Shown piece after piece: positions 21,901 through 34,200 of a DNA stretch of 64,000 nucleotides. The stretch covers positions 12,648,001 to 12,712,000 of the forward strand of contig OZ024750.1 of assembly GCA_964016885.1 (NCBI GenBank), given 5' to 3'. The DNA comes from Eledone cirrhosa. Its lineage: Eukaryota. Within the stretch, counting starts at the first letter, position 1; each line of letters begins with the position of its first letter. Under the pieces are notes generated by a model, which was given only the letters and a program-made list of their open reading frames with translations, had not been told where the DNA came from and did not search any database. The translations under genes and the position numbers were made by a program.

Positions 21901-24157
21901 GGATAATATACATGCAGTGAAAATACTTCATGAAATCTATGAAACACTTGTGTCAGTTGAAGCTTCTCCTCCAGAGAATCAAATTACAAATATATATTTT
22001 GTTCACTGAACTATTTAGTTTGAAAGAGGAGAGAGAAAAAAAAAGGGTTCATAAAAATTAAAAAGGTTCAATAGAAGCAACTTTCTGGGGTTGCAACACA
22101 AACAAAACCTTTTGTCATTTAATATATGTGTGTGTATATATATATATATGCACACACACAGTGTCGTCATTGAAATATATATCACAGCATTATTATTAAA
22201 GGACTTGTAATGCACTGGGTAATTGCTGGCCTTGTGCCTAAAGTAGAAACAATTATTATTAAAGGACTTGAACATCTGAAACTACTTCGCTTTTCCTTAT
22301 TCTATATATTTAATATATAAAGAATGGTGTGTTCATGCTATAAAATAACTTACAAAGTAGGGTGAAGACCTTTAACCCTTTAGTATTCACATTACTCTAT
22401 ATATACTATTATATTTTCATGGTAAAGGCTTTACCTCACATAATCATCTCACATAATATCGAATCTATGAGAGTTTGAAAGTATTTATTTTGAGAACAAT
22501 ACCTTAACATCAGTTTGAGCGACCGGTTACTGCCAGTTTCAACAGAAAGAGGTAGAGAATTCTGGCCGGTTTTGGCCGGTTTGAACATTAAAGGGTTAAA
22601 GACAGGAAAAGAAGTTGCCATAGGCTGGTGTGAGCAATTAAACCTCATATCTCCCAGATACCAGCTAAGAACCAAGGGGTCAACTTTGTATTTCAACTGT
22701 TCAAGGTAAGTAAATATATCAGCTGCTTCAGTTAATAGAGTATGCTGAGATTAACTAGCTAATCTTATCACTTTTAACTGAATATCTCACCAACATCAAA
22801 GTAGAAAAATTACATTATTTTTAGCACTTGTTGAAGAAGAATATAATATGCGAGTCCCAGGTTCAATTCGGGGTAACTGCAGTTAGTAGGGTACGCAATA
22901 CATTAGTAGAGTGTAAACATCATGTTTGATATAGCAATGGCTTCTACAGGAATAGAACTGTTTCATTCAAAAGAAATCATCAGACCGTTATTGCTCCAAC
23001 CAGCCTATTCACTTTCAATAACTACCCTAAATATACATACACTTATACTACACATATATACACTAAATAAATATATACAACAAATGCAAGCAATAATCAA
23101 ATGCCCTATGTCTAAACAAAACATCAAGTGGACAAGACTGTCAGATTCCAAACTTGTAAAAATTATATTTCTAAACACTAAGCCAATCATGAACTAAATG
23201 TCTATATTAGAACTAAGATATCCCCCATAGCTAGAATATCTAGAATGATGTTAAGAATTTACATTTTTAATGAAACAAGATTTTTCTTTACTGGGCAAAT
23301 TCTAATAACTCACCTGCCATTTACGTCTAGCAATGAAATTTTTTAGTTTGTCTGTACTGAGGCGTTTCATACACTGGTTGTCCACATGATCAAGAGCCAG
23401 CCACTCGTGTTGGAGACACTTGTGAATAGTCATACGATCTCTGAAAATTAAAATATTAAAAATTAGTGGAATAGTGACACTACCAATGACCTTTACAAGG
23501 TTACACAGGATTAAACATTAGTGGAATAGTGACACTACCAATGACCTTTACAAGGCCACACAGGTTGGAGAGCATAAATTTGAATGTGGTTGATGTTCAG
23601 CTCGAAACCTCTGTATAGGAACAGTATGGGTAAGAAGTGGTTTGAGAGGGATTAGGAGGGACATATTAGGCAGGAGATCCAAATATACCTCACAACTTCT
23701 GACTGCCACCATTTTAAGGTTTATCTTATGCTTTGCACCATGTCTCACCAATCATACCAGTCCTTTACCATCTTAATGTCAGTTAACATCACACCATCCT
23801 GTTTTTTCTTTGGTCTTTTTTTTTCCCAAAGATTCCATCCACTGAGTACCTTGTATTTCTTTGTACAGCTGTCATCCTACATATGCGACATAGCCCATAC
23901 TGGTACAATCTTCTCTCTTGCACACTACATCTGACTCCTTTTATACTAGTTTTCCTTTCACCGCATTTGTGATCTATCATTCATGCATGCTAACATCCAC
24001 TAGAGCATGCTCATACCACTTCTTTGTGAATCCTCTACATTCATAATCCATGTCTTACAACCAAGCAACATAGCACTTTGCAGACAGACATCATACAATT
24101 TGCTTTTCACTCTGAGAGGGAAACCCATATCAACTTAACCCTTTAGCATTTACATTA

Positions 24158-24188
<31 letters not shown>

Positions 24189-27100
24189 CTATTGTATTTT
24201 CACAGTAAAGACTTTATCTCACATAATATTATATCTATGAGATTTTGAGATTATTTATTTTGAGAACAATACCTTAACATTAGTATGAGCAGCCAGTTAT
24301 GGCTGGTTTGAACAGAAAGAGGTGAGAGAATTCTGGCCGGATATGGCCGGTTTAAATGCTAAAGGGTTAATAATGAAAAATCCATCCAAATTCTTGATTA
24401 TTTAAAAAATTATTTGAAAATTACAGGTAGTATTTCATCAGAAATATGATTATAAAAAGGTTAAAGGTATTCTTGCAATAGGGTAACATACTTGAAATAG
24501 AAGTTAGATATGCTGTAGTTATTGACTTAGCAATTGACAAGATAAAACATGATTAGAATCTACACAGAAGTTCATTATAGATTTAGTAAATAATTAACCC
24601 TTTTATTACAAAACTGCCCGAACCGGTTCTGGATTTATGATACAAAATTAATCATTTTAAAATGTTTATCCTTATATTAAAATATTTCATCATAATTTTA
24701 TTTTAGATATTTTTGTTAAGTAATGTTCTAAATGTCAACTTACAAATAAAAACTTAGTTATTTTATTAAATTCCTCAAAGTGTTTTTGTTAATTTCAAAA
24801 TTAATTGAATCATATAAACAATGTTATTTCATTAGAAATAGAGTAATGAAAGGGTTAAATGAAATTATGAGATCAATCTTAATTAAATTTTATCAATTTA
24901 TCAAATCTTAAACAATGTGCATTCTTTACTTACTCTTTTTTCTTTACTAACAACTTGGAAATAAAATCTTTTGCAGCATCTGAAATTTCATCGAAGGTTT
25001 CGTCATCAAAGTCGTAAACAGTTTGGGTAACATTGGATAATGTTTCTACATTTGTATCTCCAGTGAAAGGAGCTAATCCAGAAATACTGAAATAATAAAT
25101 AGATTGACAGACGATAAATATTATTACAAAGATTTTACAAGGTATACTACTACATCATAAAGATCTTGCACAAAATTACATAAGATTTATATTATACAGT
25201 TCCGCTTCTTTGCCCACTGGGAGGATCATGGGGACAGAGCCCTCAAACACTCCATCCAGCAGGTTCTGTCAGAAACAACTGTCCCCAACTGATATGGCTG
25301 GATCCCCAAGTGAGACCAGCCAAGCTCATGGATGTCATCCAACCATCTTGCTCCTCAGGGTCTACCCCTGGGTCTCCTACTGGTTGGTTTTTACCTGTAA
25401 AATCTGTCCAGCAATTCTTTCCTGAGACATTCTAACCACATGCCCATAATACCAGAGCTGTGATTTCATATTATACAGTTAATAATCAAACCTTTTATAG
25501 CTGCTTTTTAATGCTGACATGGGTTGGATGAGACTTTTTGAAGCAGTTTTTTCTACAGCCGGACGACAACCAACAGATATTTATTTTTTCAAGTGTGATA
25601 CATACCACCGACATTTATCAAACTGCTAAACTACTGGATGTATTGTTTATGTGGGACATAAACAAATATCATTGTTTGCTTTTAAATTGTAAAGAAAGAC
25701 AGAAACAGAAACACAAACGTGGTGTGTGTGTGTGTGCGCGCGTGTGTATGTGTGTGTGTATATATATATATTGTGTGTGCCATCATCATTACTGTTTAAT
25801 GTCTACTTTCCATGCTTCCATGGGTTATGTTGGGAGACAAGTCAGATCACATGACTGTCTTATTCATACACAATTGTTTCTGGTTTGATTTCAAACAGCT
25901 GGATACCCTCCCTAACAATTAGGAACTTTCATTTAGACTGCCCTACAAACCAGTTTATGAGGTACTATTTATTCAAATAATGTATCATCATCATCATCTA
26001 ATGCTCATTTCCTCAACACCACCACCACCACCACCATACTTGCTGGTATAAGTTGAACAGAGAATATTTAAGAAAAATCATATTACATACAAAAGAGAAG
26101 AAAAAAAACTTACAGTACATAGCAAATGACTCCAAGACTCCATAAGTCTGTAGCAAAGCTAATCTCATCATAGTTTACAACTTCTGGTGCTATAAAATCT
26201 GGTGTACCAAATAATACTTTGAGGCTGTCACCAACCTGGAATCTTCGTGCCAAGCCAAAATCAATTATTTTGATAAAATTGTTGCTTTTAGCAATACACA
26301 AGATGTTTTCAGGTTTTAAGTCTAAATGTATAATCTGTTTATCATGCAAGTAGCGTACGCCTTCACTGATTTGATGCACAAAATGTGCGCAGTCTTGCTC
26401 CGTCAGTACAAAATCATCGTCCACAATACGTTTAAAGAGTTCTCCTCCGCAAACGCTATGAAAAAAATAAGAAAATATATATTTTAAGAAGCATTCTTTG
26501 AATCCAATATACACACATATATGTAATATATATATGAAAAGAGTCAGGACCCCGACAGCTGAGCTCCGGCCATTTCGACAGCTAGATCCAAACTAAGCTA
26601 CCAGTATTAGAACGGCAGGAATCTAGCTAGATTCCTGGGGTTGTTTAATCAACTTTCTCCTCTCCTAAAAATTGTTGGCTTTGTGCCTAAATCAGAAACA
26701 ATTCTATTCTATCATATTTCTGTATTCTGCTAGTTTGCATGAATTACAAAATAAAACCCGCTTTGAAAAAAAAACTATTTTCAATGGTAATAATTAAAAA
26801 GTGTATATAGCTTATGAAGCAAACTGTATATTTATTCCATAGACAGGAAAAGTTAAAATTGCATTCTATTGTATTTTCTGATAATCATAAGAGTATTGTA
26901 ATCTGAATGCAATGTATTAATAAAGTATGTATAAAGAAATTAGTTTAAATGAAACAACAATAGTCTGCTGGGGAATATACATAGATGATAGGCAAGATTT
27001 GTTAATTAAAAACATATTTTTTTCAGTATTAATGTTTACAACAGAAAATGTTATGCAGCTGATTAAAAATTAACTATGAGACAATACATTCTGTTGATAT

Positions 27101-30100
27101 ACTACAGACACTGAAACAGATTTAATATTACATATAATAGTACATGTTAAAAGTATGAAGAAACTTTATTTTTAGTCAAAGATTAAAATAAGAGTTGCTA
27201 TGAAGTATTTTGTATTTCATTATTTTATATTTGTTTCTATCAATGATGGGTTGGACTGACCATCGTGGTCCATTTCAGTTCTTATTCAGTTACTATCCTT
27301 CAAAACAGGCTGGAAGAATTCATTTCATCTGCAAATTCCATTTTTAGCAAAGCTTCTATGGCTACCTAATCATCCTAACACCAATCACTTTACAGAGTGT
27401 ACTGGGTACATTTTACCATGGCATTAACACTAAAGAGGTTGTTATGTTTTAGGCAAAACTAAACAGTCTTTTTTACACTATATTGGGTCCATTTTACAGA
27501 GTGTACTGGGTGCATTTTATCATGGCATTAACACTAAAGAAGTTGTTACGTCGTTGAAAAACTAAAGAATCATTTTTACCCTAAGTTGTGTCCATTTGTC
27601 TGTGAATAATATATCAAATAAACCAAATGACAACAACAAATATAACTATAAATACAAATACTTACAATTCTGTGACAATTATTAATCCAGTTGGAGATTC
27701 ATATGCGTCCCAAAGCCTTAGAACTTTAGGATGTGTTAATTTCTTCATTATTTCAATCTCATTGCGAAATTCAGCTTTCTTTTTTTCTTTACATTTGATA
27801 ATTTTTGCAGCCCAAAGTCGATTTGATGATTTCTCAATACACTTGTGAACAACTCCAAAACGGCCACTAAAAATATAGATATTAATATACCACAAATAAT
27901 GTTTCTACTTTTGGCACAAGGCCAGCAATTATCCCAGTGCATTACTGGTACTATATTTTATCGACCCCGTAAGGATGAAAGGCAAAGTTAACCTCGGCAG
28001 GATTTGAACTCAGACCACAAAGGGCCGTAACTCTATGCTGCAAAGCATGGCGTCCGACCCTCTACCGATACTGCCAATCCACCGCAAATAATAATATAAT
28101 ATAAAAACATGTTAAAAAATTTTATTTATAAAATGTATTAAATGTTATTCAATTCATAAACAGAACATTAAAATATTCTGGCTCTTTGTAGCATCAATCA
28201 AATTTGCCTAGTATGTAATTAGATAATCAACCCTAACTAATACAGAATTTAGAGGTCAAGAGTATACATGTAAAGTTGCTTCTTCTCCGAATTGAGAGGT
28301 CACAGCTCTGATAATATGGACATGTGGTTAGAATGTCTCAGGAAAGAATCACTAGACAGATTTTACAAGCAAAACCAACTGGCAGGAGACTCAGGGGTCT
28401 CCATGAGCTTTGTTGGGGATCCAACTATATCATTTGGAGAAGGTTGCTTTTGACAGGACCTGCCGGAAGGAATGTTTGAGGACTCTGTTCCAATGAATCT
28501 CAATGATAGATGATGGTGGGGGTGAAAAGTCTAGATGGTGGGGATGGAAAGTCTAGATGGTGGGGATGGAAAGTCTAGATGGTGGGGATGGAAAGTCTAG
28601 ATGGTGGCAGTGGAAAGTCTAGATGGTGGGGGTGGAAAGTCTGGATGGTGGGGGTGGAAAGTCTGGATGGTGGGGGTGGAAAGTCTGGATGGTGGGGGTG
28701 GAATATTGGACTAGACAAAATAATCAGACTGGCTGACTCAAAACAGAGTTGAAACTAAATAAAGACATTTAACTCCAGTATCCAATCTATATATCGTAAT
28801 TTATTCAAATTCTCGGCATAACTTCATGAAATTTCTCACATTTTAGATAACTAAGGTAAATTACTTTAGAAAAATGTAAGAAAAATGTAAGAAAAATGTA
28901 AAAAAAAAAAAAAAATAACAACTATGTTTATTCAATAAAAAATATTTAAATAAAATAAATTCCTTAGATGTGCCGATAAGTTTAATATGGATATTTAAGT
29001 GAAATAATCAACCATTTCTTCAAAAGTATAAAAGGTGATGATAAAAACCAAAATTAAACTTAAGGTATTTACACTTACCTACCAACTTCTTCTTTCAAAA
29101 TATAAAAATCTTCGAAATTATTAGTAGAAATTTTTACGTCTCTCTGATCAAATATTGACTCATCTACAGGATGAAAAGAAAATTATGGTTCATTTTTGAA
29201 ATTCCAATATCATTATATATAAATATATATAAATGGAATAAAATGAAACGAAATTTCATTTCTCACTCTTAGTATGGCATGTAAGTATGTATGTATGTAT
29301 ACGTACATACATATATGTATACAGACGTACAGTAATATGTATATATATTCATACATGCACACATATATATATGCACGTATCGGTTTATCGAACATTTATT
29401 ATAATGCTCGGTTTGTTTGTAAACGAACTAGTACTAAGTAGGAACTAGTACTAAGTTGGAACTAGTACTAAGTTGGAACTAGTACTAAGTTGGAACTAGT
29501 ACTAAGTTGGAACTAGTACTAAGTAGGAACTAGTACTAAGTAGGAACTAGTACTAAGTACGAACTAGTACTAAGTACGAACTAGTACTAAGTACGAACTA
29601 GTACTAAGTACGAACTAGTACTAAGTAGGAACTAGTACTAAGTAGGAACTAGTACTAAGTAGGAACTAGTACTAAGTTGGAACTAGTACTAAGTACGAAC
29701 TAGTACTAAGTACGAACTAGTACTAAGTACGAACTAGTACTAAGTACGAACTAGTACTAAGTACGAACTAGTACTAAGTACGAACTAGTACTAAGTACGA
29801 ACTAGTACTAAGTACGAACTAGTACTAAGTACGAACTAGTACTAAGTATGAACTAGTAATAAGTATGAACTAGTAATAAGTATAACCCAGTACTAAGTAT
29901 GAACTAGTACTAAGTCATTTAAATAAGACATGGAATAATGTAGGTAAAATATGTGCACAATTTAATACATTTGATACAAAACTGCTTGAAACTTCATGGT
30001 TATATAATACAAAACTGTTTTAAAGTGTTTATATTTATCTAAAAAAAACCTTCCAGCATAATTTTATGTAAGAGCCTTCATTATGTTATGTTCCAAACAC

Positions 30101-31201
30101 AAGTTTAATAACAAGAAAGTCAGTTACATTACTCTAAGTCTAAAGTCTGGCTCAAGTCAGAAGGCTCATTAGGCTGGTGCTTGTCCTGCTTTTCTGGCAT
30201 GAAGCAATTAAGAGTACAGGGTTAAACCCCCAGCTATTGCTGGTACTCATTTTCAGCTGAGTATACTGGAGCAATGTGAAATGAAGTGTTTTGCTCAAGA
30301 ACACAACACACAATCCAGCCCAGGAATTGAACCCATGACATGATTGTTAAGTCCAACACCCTTACCACTAGGCCATGCACCTCCATAACTTATATTACTA
30401 AAGCCTCCAAATTCGTGATTATTTAAAAAAATTCCTTGAAAACTGGTAGTCAGTGTTTTTCATTACAATTCTGGTAATGAAAGGGTTAAATAATATGGAA
30501 AAAGTGTATAACAAAATGTCTAACAACAGTAAAATCAGTGAGCAAAACAATTCTACAACTTAATTAGGAAAAACACAATGACATTTAAATTACAAACAAA
30601 AGCTACTAAATAACTATAAAACTTAGTTTTTGATTAAAATTTATAGCAAGACTAAAAAGCAATGTCTGTGAAGAATAATTAAGCCAGTATTTTGGGGCTA
30701 TCAGTCAGTAAAAAACGAAATAGAAAATGACGCAAGTACATTTTGTAAATTATTGTTTGTTTTGAAAATATTCTAGTTACAAAATAATACATTTTTATTT
30801 TATTTTATTTTATTTTATTTTAGAATATAATCTAAATTTCTTGATATGAAGAAGACAGTGAAGTTTGTTAAAATGTTCATTAAAGTTGCTCTGTAATGAT
30901 AAAAAAAAACTAATTATTGACAAGATCCATCCAAAATCTTAAAAGCAAAATAATTGAGTGATTTTACTGATACAAGTTCATCAAACTACTTTTCCTTAGT
31001 TTTCTCTGAATATTGATTATATTGTTAATCTTGAGTGATTATACTGACAAGTTTTGTATGAGCAAGACACAGTCACCTGATCTGGCTTGTTTCACACCAG
31101 GAGAACTTGTCTAACCCATGCTAGCATTGAGAAATGGGTGTTAAATGGTAATGCTTCCTGAAATTCCCCAACACTACACCTGATATTCCCCCTCTCTCTC
31201 T

Positions 31202-31238
<37 letters not shown>

Positions 31239-34200
31239 TATCATGACTTATACACTGTTTACTTTCCTGACATTTGTACATTAGTCAATGTATTATACAT
31301 GAACCTTTAATGAGTTGTAGTGCACCTGAGTACTGTACACAATTTCATTATTAAGTCCATCAAACTAATTTTCCTTAGTGTTCTGTAAGTATTGATTATA
31401 TTACTTACCTTCAACAATCAATTTAACAATGCTACTGTCATTTCCCATAGTATTTGTTACAAGAACATTATAGGATCCTTTATCAGTTGGTAAAGTGTTT
31501 TGAATTGTAAACTCACAAACACCAGGTTTATTTTCTATTATAAGTCGATCATCTATAACAGAGAACAGAAACACAATATAGAATTTAAAAAGGAACATAT
31601 TACTTTAAAAGAAACACACAGATCAAATTAATGAAGAACAATTTCTTATTTTGTCAGCGGGATGCAAATGAAACATCACTCTGACCTAGGTGTAAAGTCC
31701 GTCACCCTCTCCCCCCTTTCTTTCTTTGCCTAATAATCCTTACTCTTTCCCTCCTTTTCCTCTCATTTATAACATTTATAGTCATTTCCAAAAGTACTTT
31801 TTTTTCTATGTTTGACTAAATATTAAAGTCTATTATTTTTAAGGAATGTATTTGAGTATTTTGAGATAAATAATTTATGTCCTGTCAAAAAAAAAAAAAA
31901 GAAAAAAGAAAATCTAAATTCTTATATTGGGAAAAGGCCATAAATTTATAGTGGAAGGAGTTTAATCAATTTAACGAATGCCAATACCTACTTGGTACTT
32001 ATTTTATCTATCAGAATTAGATGAAAGATAAAATCAACATTAGGTGAATTTGAATTCAGAACAAATTGATCACCAATAGACAATAAACATTTCTAAAAGT
32101 AAAACACTTATATCTACATCTACACACCTACACACATACCCACACCTACACACATGTATGCCTACACCTACACATGCCCATGCCTAGACTTTCCACCCAC
32201 CATCTAGACTTTCCATCCCACCATCTAGACTTTCCACTCCCACCATCTAGACTTTCCACTTCCACCATCTAGACTTTCCACTTCCACCATCTAGACTTTC
32301 CACTCCCACCATCTAGACTTTCCACTCCCACCATCTAGACTTTCCACTTCCACCATCTAGACTTTCCACTCCCACCATCTAGACTTTCCACTTCCACCAT
32401 CTAGACTTTCCACTCCCACCATCTAGACTTTCCACTTCCACCATCCAGACTTTCCACGCCCACCATCTAGACTTTCCACCCCCACCATCCAGATTTTCCA
32501 CTCCCACCATCCAGATTTTCCACTCCCACCATTTAGACTTACACCTATATCTACACACACACACTTAAGTTTAAGCAAAACCATTGACAACAGAAAGAAA
32601 TTAATATTACATACTTAGATTTTAAACAGACGAAAAGATTATCTTTTTGATTAAAAAAAAGAATTTATATGAATAAGGACTGACATGAAACAAACAAGTC
32701 AAACTAAGAAATGAGAGTATTATTTTAATATTTATCCATTGTTACAGAATGGTATAGTCTTTATATATTAATATCTACAGCTGCAAAAATAGTACACCAA
32801 ACAAAAGCTATTTTATTTTGGTACATGACATCTCACAAGAAAAAAAAAATAATAATAATATTTACAAAGACATTAAACATGGCTGTTAAGATGTTTAATA
32901 GTATTTCATCTTAGGTAGATTTTTATTGTTATTTTCAACAAATATATGAATATGAGAGTAAATTACACAATACGATATAAAATATGAATATATAGTAATG
33001 GAAAGTCAGATTTTAAAATGAAAAAAAACCCAACAATGTCTCGAAACAGATGTCAGTTATAAGTCTACAAAGTATTCAATACTTAACTGCCCCTCGTTCT
33101 ACAATACAAATTTGTTTATATAAAGAGTGCTCGTGTGGGTAGATGCTATAAAATAGGGTGAAGACCCTTAAAGTTGCCATCGACAGATATGAGGAATCGA
33201 CCCCTATATATATATATATATAATATAAGATCAAAAGATGGTTAAAGGAGTTCCATGTATTTTATTATGCGCATTTCAAAAACAAACATCATCATGCAAT
33301 AATATTTGTGTTTTCATCAGATAAAACAGGAGAACATGATATGAAGGCTAAAAAACACTTGTGGATAGTGCAGTTTTAAATCAACATATTGATCTTATAT
33401 TATGTATACTCCAGTCCTACAAACTGTAGAGTGCTTCTTATCCGATATCTGCATTGCTTTATTGTACTACAATAAAACTCACCTTCTACATTATATATAT
33501 ATATATTTCGTTTCTGAATTTGTTTAGCAAGATTCTTTATCTGAAATCGTGTGTTGAAACCGATATTGTTATACTTTGGGAGGGTCATGTTGCCAATAAG
33601 ACACACACACACATAGAACAAACAACCAACCAACAATAAATAAATAAATAAATAAATAAACAAATAGATAAATGAACACAAACACACACAGACACCCGGA
33701 TGTGGCGCATGCGCAAACTGAGCACACAACTCACACACAGAAACAAAATGGCGTAGGATAGAAGAAAGGAAAGGCACAGAAACAAAGAAAGGAATCCCCA
33801 GTCACTGAAGAGGTCACAGAGTGTGTGACGAAAGGACTATGACTATATATAAACAACTATCTGGTTGTGGAACCAACCAACCAACCAGAAATTTATAAGT
33901 TTGTAGATTTGTAAATTTATAAATTTATAAATATATAATAAATTGAAGTGAAAGCAACTGGTGCGTGTGTTTCTTATTGGCAACATGACCCTCCCAAAGT
34001 ATAACAATATATATATATATAGGGATATACAGGGTTAAATTCTTCATAGCAGCCAATGGCAACTTCTTTTTCCATCTTTAACCCTTTAGCATTTAAACTG
34101 GCTGTATCCGGCCAGAATTCTCTCACCTCTATCTGTTCAAACTTGCTGTAACTGGCCACTCATACTGATGTTAAGGTATTGTTCTCAAAATAATAACATC

